Of a stretch of DNA of 62,680 nt, positions 27,034 through 36,282 are shown in pieces (position 1 is the first letter of the stretch; the number at the start of each line of letters is the position of its first letter). The stretch comes from an uncultured Lachnospiraceae bacterium (GTDB taxonomy: Bacteria; Bacillota; Clostridia; Christensenellales; UBA1242). The notes beneath the pieces are model-generated. The model had not been told where the DNA came from. It was given only the letters and a program-made list of their open reading frames with translations, and did not search any database. A program made the translations under genes and the position numbers. Location of the stretch: contig CAZAYL010000002.1 of assembly GCA_964489405.1 (NCBI GenBank), forward strand, positions 1-62,680, given 5' to 3'.

Positions 27034-28905
27034 TTATTTTTTATTTTTCTTTAAATATATAAGCAACACAGAAATATCCGCTGGGTTGACTCCTGAAATT
27101 CTGCTTGCTTGCCCAAGTGTAAGGGGTTTTATTTTACTTAACTTTTGTCTTGCTTCTATCCTAAGTCCGTCAATATTCATATAATCTAAGTCTGGGTCAA
27201 GCTTTTGGCTTTCAGCTCGATTTTGTTGTTCGATTTGAATTTCTTGTCTTTTTAAATATCCCTCATATTTTATTTCAGTATTAACTTCATCAAGAACTGA
27301 TTTATTGAATTCATCAAATAAGTGAAAATATTTATTAAATGAATAAATATCTACATTGGCACGCTTTAATAAATTCTCAATTGTTACCCCTGATTGTAGC
27401 GGTGTTTCTCCAACATTAATTAAATAATTGTTTATATTTTCGTCGGGTTTTAGTATGTTTTTTGTGATTTTTTTCACTTTTTCTATGTTTTTTACCTTAT
27501 TTTGATAAATTTCATACTGTTTTTGACTAACTAACCCAACGCGATGTCCGTATTCTGTAAGTCGCAAATCACAATTATCTTGCCTTAATTGTAAGCGAAA
27601 TTCCGCACGCGATGTCATCATACGATAAGGTTCATTTGTTCCCTTTGTTACAAGGTCATCAATCAAAACGCCAATATAACTTTCTGAACGTTTGAGTATT
27701 AGTGGTTCTTTATTTCGCATTTTTAAACTTGCATTTATTCCTGCAATCAAACCTTGAGCGCCCGCCTCTTCATAGCCCGAAGTTCCATTTATTTGCCCTG
27801 CAAAAAACAATCCGTCATAGTCTTTACTTTCGAGAGTTGGTAAAAGTTTCGTGCTATCAATGCAGTCATATTCAATCGCGTATCCGTCGCGCATAATAAA
27901 TGTTTTCTCAAGTCCTGCCATTGATTGTACAGTTTTTCTTTGGACGTCAACAGGAAGTGAAGTTCCAAATCCTTGCAAATACCATTCATTAGTTGATGCG
28001 CTCTCTGGTTCCAAAAATAATTGATGTCTTTCTTTGTCGGCAAAACGCATAACTTTATCTTCAATTGATGGACAATATCTTGCGCCTACACCGTGAATTG
28101 AACCATTGTACAAAGGTGCGCGATGTATGTTTTCCTTTATTATATTGTGTGAATTTTCATTTGTATAAACGAGATAACAAGGCGAAACGTTGTCTTTCTT
28201 ATTTCCCGTCAAAACTGAAAAATTTTGGATATCTTCATCGCCAACTTGTTTTTCAAGTTGTGTAAAATCAATTGTTCGAGCATCCAAACGTGGTGGTGTA
28301 CCTGTTTTAAACCTTCTAAGCTCAAAACCTAATTTTGTAAGAGAATCTGACAAAAAACTTGCTTGCTTAAACCCACTCGGCCCAATATTTTCAATATATT
28401 CTCCAATAATGATTTTTGATTTTAAATAAACACCTGTACAAACAACAATTGTTCTACACGTAAATTTTTCATTTGTAGCAGTAATCACTCCACAAACTTT
28501 CCCATTTTCGACTAAAATTTCTTTTACTTCGCCTTGTTTTAGATAAAGGTTTGGTTGATTTTCCATAACAGACTTTGTAACTTTATGGTATTCCACCTTA
28601 TCAACTTGTGCGCGCAAACTATGCACAGCAGGACCTTTACCAAGATTTAACATTTTAATTTGTAAAAGTGTTTCATCGGCCGTTCTTCCCATTTGCCCGC
28701 CTAAAGCATCTATTTCGCAAACCAAATGACCCTTTGCTGAGCCCCCTATAGATGGATTACACGCCAAAAAACCAACCGCTTCAAGGTTGATTGTTAGGAC
28801 TAAAGTTTTGTGGCCTAGTCTAGCAAGCGCAAGCCCTGCCTCACTTCCTGCGTGCCCAGCACCAATGACTATTGCGTCATAATTTTCGTAATCTATATTA
28901 TCCAT
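27034..28905 (-). CDS. mnmG: tRNA uridine 5-carboxymethylaminomethyl modification enzyme MnmG (GidA)
   Basis: 623 aa with FAD motif VIGAGHAGSEA, GPRYCPSIE-like GARYCPSIEDK, and GQINGTSGYEEAGAQG. Confidence 0.95.
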   Translation of the reverse strand: MDNIDYENYDAIVIGAGHAGSEAGLALARLGHKTLVLTINLEAVGFLACNPSIGGSAKGHLVCEIDALGGQMGRTADETLLQIKMLNLGKGPAVHSLRAQVDKVEYHKVTKSVMENQPNLYLKQGEVKEILVENGKVCGVITATNEKFTCRTIVVCTGVYLKSKIIIGEYIENIGPSGFKQASFLSDSLTKLGFELRRFKTGTPPRLDARTIDFTQLEKQVGDEDIQNFSVLTGNKKDNVSPCYLVYTNENSHNIIKENIHRAPLYNGSIHGVGARYCPSIEDKVMRFADKERHQLFLEPESASTNEWYLQGFGTSLPVDVQRKTVQSMAGLEKTFIMRDGYAIEYDCIDSTKLLPTLESKDYDGLFFAGQINGTSGYEEAGAQGLIAGINASLKMRNKEPLILKRSESYIGVLIDDLVTKGTNEPYRMMTSRAEFRLQLRQDNCDLRLTEYGHRVGLVSQKQYEIYQNKVKNIEKVKKITKNILKPDENINNYLINVGETPLQSGVTIENLLKRANVDIYSFNKYFHLFDEFNKSVLDEVNTEIKYEGYLKRQEIQIEQQNRAESQKLDPDLDYMNIDGLRIEARQKLSKIKPLTLGQASRISGVNPADISVLLIYLKKNKK

Positions 28906-28996
28906 TTATCCCTCCAATTTTACTAAAATAGTAAAATTTTACATATTTTTAGTGCAAAACACACTTTTTTATAATAAATTTGTAGTAATTTAATAA

Positions 28997-30349
28997 TTAT
29001 TTTCCAAGACAAAATTTTGAAAAAATTGTATCAATAATATCTTCAATATCTCCATAGCCAACTATTTTTGACAATTCAGAATATGCGTCCATAATATCAC
29101 ACGCAACACAGTCAAGGGTTACATAATCTATATTTTCAAGCGCCCGTAAAATATTTTGTTGCGCCAAATTTAGCAATTCATAATGGCGCTGATTTAAAAT
29201 AATATTTGTGTCAAGATTGATATCTTTTGATATTGTTATTTTAAATATTTTTTCCTTAAGTTTTAGTATATCATCACTATTTTTTGCTGAAATTATAATA
29301 AATTGTTCATTTTTAAGTATTTTTTTAATATTTTCAGCAAAATTTACTTGTCTTTGTAAATCTGCTTTATTAAAAATTAATAATCTTTTTTTATTGTTTA
29401 TTTCATTTAAGATTGTATTTAAATTTACCAAATTAGTACTATCGAATACACCTAAAACTAAATCTGAAATTGCGATATTTTGTTTCGTTCTTTCGATGCC
29501 GATTTTTTCAATTGCATTCTCACTTTCGCGGATACCTGCTGTATCCACAATATTAAATCGCATATCCTTATATATATATGAATCTTTTATTGCGTCGGTT
29601 GTTGTTCCTGCGATGTCGGTAACAATTGCAACATCTCCATTCATTAAACCGTTCATAATTGATGATTTGCCCACATTTGGCTGTCCGACAAGACAAACAT
29701 TTACTCCATTTTTGATAAGGCGTCCATAATTATATGAATCAATTAATTTTTTAATTTCGATATTTAAATTTTCTAATAAACCTTTAATTTTCTCTGCTGT
29801 TTTTAATTCGTCATCGTGTTCTGGATAGTCTAGTGTAACATTAATTTGAGCTAAGCAATCTTTTAGATTGTTAATAAAATTATTAATTTGCATAGAAAAA
29901 ACCCCATTTATTAAGTTCTTACTTGCAACTAGTTCCGCGTTTGATTGCGCGTTGATATAATCCATTAAACTCTCCGCTTCATTTAGTGAGAGTTTGCCGT
30001 TCATAAAAGCGCGTTTAGTAAATTCTCCACGCTCTGCCATTGTCGCTCCAAGTTGTAGGCATTTTTTGACAATTTCGTTGACAATCATAATACCGCCGTG
30101 AACCTGAAATTCTACGACGTCTTCGCCAGTATAGGAATGTGGCGCTTTGAAATAAACAACAAAGCCGTGCTCATCTAATTTTTCTGTTTTTATTTTACCT
30201 AAGTACATATAGCGTGGTTGTTCGATGTTCTTATTAAACATTTGTTGCGCAATACTAAGACTTTTGTCGCCACTTAGTCTAACAATTCCTACTCCTGCAC
30301 TTCCTAAAGGTGTTGCTATTGCAACTATTGTTTTTTCGTTATTTTCCAT
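28997..30349 (-). CDS. mnmE: tRNA modification GTPase MnmE (TrmE)
   Basis: 450 aa with G1 GQPNVGKSS, DTAGIRE, NKADL and the C-terminal FCLGK tetrapeptide. Confidence 0.95.
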   Translation of the reverse strand: MENNEKTIVAIATPLGSAGVGIVRLSGDKSLSIAQQMFNKNIEQPRYMYLGKIKTEKLDEHGFVVYFKAPHSYTGEDVVEFQVHGGIMIVNEIVKKCLQLGATMAERGEFTKRAFMNGKLSLNEAESLMDYINAQSNAELVASKNLINGVFSMQINNFINNLKDCLAQINVTLDYPEHDDELKTAEKIKGLLENLNIEIKKLIDSYNYGRLIKNGVNVCLVGQPNVGKSSIMNGLMNGDVAIVTDIAGTTTDAIKDSYIYKDMRFNIVDTAGIRESENAIEKIGIERTKQNIAISDLVLGVFDSTNLVNLNTILNEINNKKRLLIFNKADLQRQVNFAENIKKILKNEQFIIISAKNSDDILKLKEKIFKITISKDINLDTNIILNQRHYELLNLAQQNILRALENIDYVTLDCVACDIMDAYSELSKIVGYGDIEDIIDTIFSKFCLGK

Positions 30350-30354
30350 ACCGT

Positions 30355-30383
30355 ATTATATCACTTTTATTTTTAAAAAACAA
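30355..30383 (-). promoter_or_regulatory. mnmE promoter with extended -10, 5 nt upstream of the ATG (leaderless candidate)
   Basis: The minus strand reads TTGTTT (rc 30378-30383), 17 nt, TGaTATAAT (rc 30355-30363), ACGGT, ATG (30349). No SD. Confidence 0.55.
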
Positions 30384-30394
30384 GTGTGCTATAG

Positions 30395-30504
30395 TGTGAT
30401 GGCACACAGCCACAAATGATATTTATTACTGTTGATTTACTTCCATAGACGGCAAATTGATGAGTTTTCTATAAAAAATATTTCTCGATGTGATGGCACA
30501 CAGC
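30395..30504 (+). repeat. 16-bp direct repeat tgtgatggcacacagc (30395-30410 and 30489-30504)
   Basis: Two exact copies 94 bp apart in the mnmE upstream region. Confidence 0.7.
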
Positions 30505-30599
30505 ACACATTTTAATGATTTATATATTTTTAAAGTTTGGTTGATAATTTTAACTAATGTAAAAGGAACATCACATTTATTTTGCTTTGTTCCATTTTT

Positions 30600-30619
30600 T
30601 TATTTTGCTAGTTTCAAAA
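30600..30619. repeat. 20-bp direct repeat, left copy (ttattttgctagtttcaaaa)
   Basis: Identical to 31920-31939. The two copies bracket the helicase remnant plus the Fic gene. Confidence 0.85.
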
Positions 30620-30627
30620 GTGCTAAA

Positions 30628-30804
30628 TTATATTTCTTCTATTCCTATATCTTTCAAGTATTGATATGTTTCATCATAATATTCTAGGAGTCTAGCGCCA
30701 TCTTCCCAATAGCCACTCGCGTTTTTGTTGGAATTACCTGCAGGCACACATATTATCATACCCATTCTTGCGTGGGTTAAAAGAACTCTATAAGTGTTTA
30801 ACAT
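30628..30804 (-). pseudogene. 58-codon remnant resembling the C-terminus of a DUF2075/UvrD-like helicase-domain protein
   Basis: The minus-strand translation is MLNTYRVLLTHARMGMIICVPAGNSNKNASGYWEDGARLLEYYDETYQYLKDIGIEEI. It contains the YRVLLTRAR-x-G helicase C-terminal motif. It is far too short to be a complete protein of that family. Confidence 0.5.
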
Positions 30805-30866
30805 ATATTTTATAAATTGCCGACAACTTTTCTGTGTGTACTATTATTCATATCTTTTCCTTTATC

Positions 30867-31757
30867 CTAATATTTAATTTTAAAATAATCTAGCCAAGTT
30901 TTATATTTATCTTGACAAGATAAACATGTATCAGTTAAATATCCTTTTTCATTATTCCATTCTTTAAGTCCACGATAGTAAAATAATTTATGGTCTTCAT
31001 CAATAATAAATGGAACAATACTATTTGCTAAACACTCCTTAAACATAATTAGTCTACCAACTCGACCATTCCCATCTTGAAATGGGTGAATTGATTCAAA
31101 ATCTTTATGAAATTGTAATATTTGTTCAAAAGTTTTTTTCTCTATATTATTGTAGGACGACAAAAGTTTTTTCATCTCTATTTTTACATTTTCAGGTAAG
31201 CAAGTTTCCTCACCGCCAACTTCATTTGGAAGTTTTTTATAATCTCCAACATTAAACCATTGTTTTCTACTATCACTTGTTCCATTTTTAAGCATAAAAT
31301 GAAGTTCTTTTATCATTGACTCGGATAGTGGTTTCATTGCATTATCTATAATATAGTCAACACATTTGAAGTGATTTGCAGTTTCAACAACATCATCAAC
31401 ATTGATTGTTCCTTTCTCAACACCAATTGTGTTGGTTTCAAAAATATATCTTGTTTGGTCGTGAGTTAATGTGCTACCTTCAATATGATTTGAGTTATAT
31501 GTCAATTCAATTTGCGTTTTATGATAAATTCCACCTTTAAGTTTTATATATTTTTGTTCTTTCAAAATATTTAATAATAGATTATCACTAAATGGTTTTG
31601 TTGATTCTCTTTCTGGTTTTACTGCATCAGTAGGTACATTCCAAGTTTTACCTGTCAAAAATGCACCAGGTATTCTGCCATGAGCACAATAATTTCTAAC
31701 CATTCTATCCGAAATATTCCATTTTTTAGCGATTTCCTTAACTGATAAAAACAACAT
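30867..31757 (-). CDS. Fic-domain protein with N-terminal HTH
   Basis: 296 aa with Fic motif HPFQDGNGRVGR and an internal inhibitory-helix-like motif SNHIEG (S-x-x-x-E-G). The N-terminus LSVKEIAKKWNISDRMVRNY is HTH-like. GAGG SD. Confidence 0.88.
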   Translation of the reverse strand: MLFLSVKEIAKKWNISDRMVRNYCAHGRIPGAFLTGKTWNVPTDAVKPERESTKPFSDNLLLNILKEQKYIKLKGGIYHKTQIELTYNSNHIEGSTLTHDQTRYIFETNTIGVEKGTINVDDVVETANHFKCVDYIIDNAMKPLSESMIKELHFMLKNGTSDSRKQWFNVGDYKKLPNEVGGEETCLPENVKIEMKKLLSSYNNIEKKTFEQILQFHKDFESIHPFQDGNGRVGRLIMFKECLANSIVPFIIDEDHKLFYYRGLKEWNNEKGYLTDTCLSCQDKYKTWLDYFKIKY

Positions 31758-31862
31758 AAATTACCTCAACTTTATTTTTTTATTATTATATACTTTTACC
31801 GGAAATATGTCAATTAATTTGAGAAATATTATTTCCGATAATGGTAAGTTTTATACTTTATG

Positions 31863-31904
31863 CAAAAAGAAACACAAGTCATAAAATTTAAGACTTGTGT
31901 TTCT
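31863..31904 (-). terminator. Hairpin terminator between orf166 and the Fic gene
   Basis: agaaacacaagtc / gacttgtgtttct, a perfect 13-bp stem with a T-run on the minus strand. Confidence 0.65.
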
Positions 31905-31919
31905 TAATTGAACATTATA

Positions 31920-31939
31920 TTATTTTGCTAGTTTCAAAA
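31920..31939. repeat. 20-bp direct repeat, right copy
   Basis: Identical to 30600-30619. Confidence 0.85.
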
Positions 31940-31973
31940 TAGTTAACCCTTATTATATAAATATTTATAATAT

Positions 31974-31999
31974 TTAAAAAAATACCCCTTTGGGGGTAC
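31974..31999 (-). terminator. Terminator of orf166
   Basis: Minus strand tacccc-caaa-ggggta followed by T7. Confidence 0.65.
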
Positions 32000-32013
32000 T
32001 AAATAAATTTTAT

Positions 32014-32514
32014 TTATTTAGAAATACTATCATCTTTATCTTTTTCAATTATTTTACATTGATGATATTTTTTACTTTGTAGACTTTGTTGCTCAAAACA
32101 TTTTTTAACTTTATTAATATTTGTTTTAACTTCAACTTCTTCTGGGTAAATTCCAAACTCTTCCAAAAAATCAAATCTTTTTCGAATACCAATTTCTTGT
32201 AATTTTGAAGATATTGAAAAATTTTTATCATTTGATTTAAATATATAATTTAAAATTTCGTCAAGTGCTTCATTGCAATATTTTAACTCATCACTTGTAA
32301 TAAAATTAAGATATGCTGACTCATCTTTATATTGCTTCATATCTTTTTTATCATATATGTTTTGATTCTCGCCAATATCATAAAAAGTGTTTTTAAAATT
32401 TGCAAATACACGTTGATTTTCAAGATAAACTATACTGCTAAAAAGTTTATATTTTCTTTTAAAAAGTTCTCGTTGAACAATTCTCTCTTTTTCACTCTTT
32501 AAAATTGCATCCAT
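32014..32514 (-). CDS. Hypothetical 166-aa protein, no recognisable motif
   Basis: ORF with an AGGTGG SD; Lys/Glu-rich and soluble. Confidence 0.55.
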   Translation of the reverse strand: MDAILKSEKERIVQRELFKRKYKLFSSIVYLENQRVFANFKNTFYDIGENQNIYDKKDMKQYKDESAYLNFITSDELKYCNEALDEILNYIFKSNDKNFSISSKLQEIGIRKRFDFLEEFGIYPEEVEVKTNINKVKKCFEQQSLQSKKYHQCKIIEKDKDDSISK

Positions 32515-32841
32515 TTTGCCACCTACTTATATTTTGTTATACATAGTATATAATAAATAATGATAATTGTCAATATTAAAAATTAAAATTATTAATAATA
32601 GATTATTTCTTAAATTTACAATGTAAATTTAATGTTATAATGAATTTTCACTTATAATATTAAATTTTTTATTGATTTTTTTCTAAAAAACAATAAAAAA
32701 TTTAAAAAAATAACAAAAATTGACGTTTTTTTGCCAAAATTTGTTATTTTTGTGTTTTTCTTAAATTTTTTTAAAACTTGCAATTATATAAATTTAGATT
32801 TTTATATTTAGAAATATTACTAATTTTAGGTTTTAATTATA

Positions 32842-34197
32842 TTATTCTAGCATTGCTTTAAGGTCATTAACTGCAACACTCACACTTGTCTTGTTTTTAA
32901 CCATTTCTTCGATTTTATCGCGCGAGTGAATGATGGTGGTATGGTCACGCCCACCAAATATCTCTCCAATTGTTGTCAATGGTAAATCCATCATTTCCGT
33001 GATAAGATAAACGCAAATTTGACGCGCTGTAACAATTTCTTTTGTCTTTTTTTTGCCAATTAAGTCATCTTTTGTAACATTGAAATAGTCGCAAACAACA
33101 TTTATTATGCGGTCGGTACTTAATGACTCTTTGTTTGTTTCGAGATAATTTTTGAGTGCTTCTTGCGCATCTAAAACGGTTGCAAGCGTTTTGCCAAGTA
33201 ATGAACTAAAGAAAATTACCTTTGAAAGGAAACCTTCCATTTCACGAATATTTGTATCAACACGTTCAGCGATAAATTTGATTGCATCTTTCTCTATATT
33301 GTAATTTTCGATTGTTGCCTTTTTTTCTAGAATTGCAATTCTTGTTTCAAGATCTGGTTTTTGAATGTCTTGAATCAAACCACTTACAAAGCGTGATTTC
33401 AATCTATCCTCAAGTGCCGATATTTCACGTGGTGGACGATCAGAACTAATGATGATTTGTTTATTTTTTTGATAAAGGTCATTAAATGTATGGAAAAATT
33501 CTTCTTGTAAAGCGCGTTTTTCGGAAATAAATTGAATATCGTCAACCATCAAAACATCGACATTGCGATATTTCTCTCTAAAATTTGTGATGATTGTGTC
33601 GTTAGTTGAATTAAATTTGAGCGCATAAACATAGTCATTGATAAAATTTTCACACGTAACATACACGATTTTTTTGTCTTTTGAATTGTTTTTTATGTAA
33701 TTACCTATTGCGTGTAGCAAGTGTGTTTTACCAAGTCCAACGCCCCCGTATATAAATAGTGGATTAAAACGCGTTGCTGGATTTTCCGCTACAGCCCTAC
33801 ATGCTGTGTACACGAATTGATTACTTTTCCCCACAACAAAATTGTCAAATGTGTACTTGGGGTTGAAATTATCTAAAGTATTTTGTGAAGATGTTTGCTG
33901 AATATCCTCTTCAAATGGCTTGTTATATTTTAGATACTCTTCCTTTTCTTCTGGCGTAAATATTTCAAAACTAATAACATTGTCAAACTCTGCAGTAATA
34001 GCGTTCAAAAGTTCATCTTTGAAATTTTTAAGAATTTGATTTTTAGTAACAACACTTGGCGATGCTAAAATTATAGCATTGTCTTTCAAATCAATGACTT
34101 CAAGTGGCTTTAACCATAAATCAAAACTTACGGCAGAAATGTTTGTCGCCATTCTTGTTAGGACATTTTCCCAACCTTTCAAAATCTTATTATTCAT
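32842..34197 (-). CDS. dnaA: Chromosomal replication initiator DnaA
   Basis: Walker A GGVGLGKTHLL, box VII, sensor and the C-terminal DNA-binding helix (GGRDHTTIIHSRDKI). ATG 34197 is preferred over the TTG at 34224 because the promoter -10 lies between them. Confidence 0.95.
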   Translation of the reverse strand: MNNKILKGWENVLTRMATNISAVSFDLWLKPLEVIDLKDNAIILASPSVVTKNQILKNFKDELLNAITAEFDNVISFEIFTPEEKEEYLKYNKPFEEDIQQTSSQNTLDNFNPKYTFDNFVVGKSNQFVYTACRAVAENPATRFNPLFIYGGVGLGKTHLLHAIGNYIKNNSKDKKIVYVTCENFINDYVYALKFNSTNDTIITNFREKYRNVDVLMVDDIQFISEKRALQEEFFHTFNDLYQKNKQIIISSDRPPREISALEDRLKSRFVSGLIQDIQKPDLETRIAILEKKATIENYNIEKDAIKFIAERVDTNIREMEGFLSKVIFFSSLLGKTLATVLDAQEALKNYLETNKESLSTDRIINVVCDYFNVTKDDLIGKKKTKEIVTARQICVYLITEMMDLPLTTIGEIFGGRDHTTIIHSRDKIEEMVKNKTSVSVAVNDLKAMLE

Positions 34198-34203
34198 AGT
34201 TTT

Positions 34204-34232
34204 AGTATACCATTTTTCTATCAATAAGTCAA
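34204..34232 (-). promoter_or_regulatory. dnaA promoter; ATG 6 nt after the -10 (leaderless candidate)
   Basis: The minus strand reads TTGACT (rc 34227-34232), 17 nt, TGgTATACT (rc 34204-34212), AAAACT, ATG (34197). Confidence 0.6.
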
Positions 34233-35083
34233 GTATGAAAACGCTTAGAATTTATAAAATAAATTCTAAAAGTCAAATTGAAAAATAAGTTAAAAATTTA
34301 AATTATAGTCATTTAAAAAAATAAGTCAACTAAATTTGTCCACTTTTTAAAAATTTAACAAAAAAATGTTTTTTTCTACAAATTTCGTAAAGTTCTTAAT
34401 TTTTTTTATTAAAAATGCCCCTAAAAAAATAATTATCCACACATAAAAAATCTAAAATGTTGAATGATTGTGAATAAAAATTGAAGATATACACAAAGAT
34501 TTACACAAATTTTTAATCTACATTTTGTGTTGTTTGATAAATTTTAAGCATTTTTTATACTATATATTGTGTTCCCAAAAAAAATATCCACATTTGCACA
34601 GACAATAATAATACAAGATAATATTTAAAAAATAAATTTTTCATTCCTGATGGGGACGACTTTGATATGAAAAATTTATAAAATCGCAAATAGGAAAAAA
34701 TTTATTTTTTTCATAAAATAGTACCTTTGTCGACATATATACATAAGTAAAAAATACACATTATTTGCGTAAAAAAAAAGTAGGTAAATAAATTACATCT
34801 ATAACACGTACCCGTGAATGAATTATAGTATATAATTATAATATATGTGTGTTTATATACATATACATATTACTTTATGTGTATATTATCATAATATTAA
34901 GTAATTAAATATAATATATAAAAATATATACGAGTAAAAAAAATATATTAAGTTAATAAAAAATTTTTTGTAATATGTGCAATAAATGTGGAAAAATTAA
35001 AAATAAAAAAAATTAAAAGTGTGTTCAAAACGCTTTACAGAAAAATTAAATTGTGGTAAAATGTTGTAAATTTAGGAGATAGT
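34233..35083. other. Candidate oriC (DnaA-box cluster plus AT-rich unwinding region) between divergent dnaA and dnaN
   Basis: Perfect TTATCCACA at 34433-34441. One-mismatch boxes at 34469-34477 (tgtgaataa), 34584-34592 (atatccaca) and 34987-34995 (tgtggaaaa). The stretch around 34800-34980 is extremely AT-rich and (TA)n-like. Confidence 0.65.
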
Positions 35084-36202
35084 ATGGAAATGCAAATGAA
35101 AGTTATCTGCGACGGATTAGACCTTGCAGATGCAGTTTTGAAAGTTATCAAAGCAACAGCAACGCGAACAACCAACCCTATTTTAGAAGGGATAAAATTA
35201 GTTGCTGAAAATGATTATTTGAAGTTAAGTGCGACAGACCTTGAACTTATGATTGAAACAAAAATTAAGGCCGATGTGAAGCTTGAAGGGTCAGTCGTTG
35301 TACCTGGGAAGTTCTTTAGTGAGTATGTAAGAAAATTGACAAATGAGCAAATTACCCTTGAAGTTAGTGGGAAAGACCAACTGAAACTTGCATATACAGA
35401 TAGCGTCGGTTATATGCAATGCTTGAATGCTGAAGAATTTCCAAATATTCAAAAAATTTCCAATGAACAATATTTTGAGATTAAAAAAGATGATTTTGTA
35501 GACGCTATCAATAAGACCATTTTTGCAGTGTCATTAGATGATGCAAGACCACTATTCAAAGGATGTTTCTTTGAAGTGGGCGAAAAGAAAGTGAATTTTG
35601 TTGCCCTTGATGGCTATCGTATGAGTGTCGCTAAAAAGCATATTTTATATACAACTAACGAAGCAAAATTCGTAGTTCCAGCAAAGAGTTTAGCAGAAAT
35701 AATTAAAGTTATTGATGACAAAGATGAAAGTATTAAAATATTTTTCCAAAAGCAATATGTAATGATTGAACAAGAGGGCGCTATTATAATATCACGTTTG
35801 CTTGATGGTGAATTTATAAATTATAACAACCTAATCACATCTGGCGAGTTTACAACAATTACGACCGTCAACAAGAAACAACTCGAAGAGGCTCTTGATC
35901 GTACAAGTTTGCTTGCACGTGTCGAAAGAAATAATATTGCAAAATTTGAGATTAAAGACAAGACTTTAGCGATATCTTCAAATAGTGAAATCGGAAATAT
36001 TCACGAAAATGTTACAATTTCACTAAATGGCGCAGATTTAACAACAGCATTCAACTCACGCTACTTTATCGAATGCTTAAAGGTTGTCAATGACGAATTT
36101 ATCACATTAAATTTCACAACACCTATTGCACCTTGCATTATAAAACCATTTGAGGGAGATGATTACCTTTTCCTTATATTGCCAGTTCGTATTGTGGCAT
36201 AA
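35084..36202 (+). CDS. dnaN: DNA polymerase III beta sliding clamp
   Basis: 372 aa with AGGAG SD and typical DnaN features (NPILEGIKL, ATDLEL, DGYRM, LLDGEFINY, LILPVR). Confidence 0.95.
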   Translation: MEMQMKVICDGLDLADAVLKVIKATATRTTNPILEGIKLVAENDYLKLSATDLELMIETKIKADVKLEGSVVVPGKFFSEYVRKLTNEQITLEVSGKDQLKLAYTDSVGYMQCLNAEEFPNIQKISNEQYFEIKKDDFVDAINKTIFAVSLDDARPLFKGCFFEVGEKKVNFVALDGYRMSVAKKHILYTTNEAKFVVPAKSLAEIIKVIDDKDESIKIFFQKQYVMIEQEGAIIISRLLDGEFINYNNLITSGEFTTITTVNKKQLEEALDRTSLLARVERNNIAKFEIKDKTLAISSNSEIGNIHENVTISLNGADLTTAFNSRYFIECLKVVNDEFITLNFTTPIAPCIIKPFEGDDYLFLILPVRIVA

Positions 36203-36234
36203 TGATTTGATGGAAATTTTAAAATTATAATTAT

Positions 36235-36282
36235 AAAAACACTTATCCACATAAATTAAAAAATTGTGGATAAGTGTTTTTT
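36235..36282 (+). terminator. dnaN terminator whose stem consists of two perfect inverted DnaA boxes
   Basis: acacTTATCCACA (36239-36251), 13 nt, TGTGGATAAgtgt (36265-36277), followed by ttttt. Confidence 0.75.

Noticed and set aside
29208-29729. 173-aa ORF antisense to mnmE.
   Set aside because: It is a shadow ORF inside a highly conserved gene. The translation is a hydrophobic Phe/Ile/Ser-rich sequence typical of the reverse strand of AT-rich genes.
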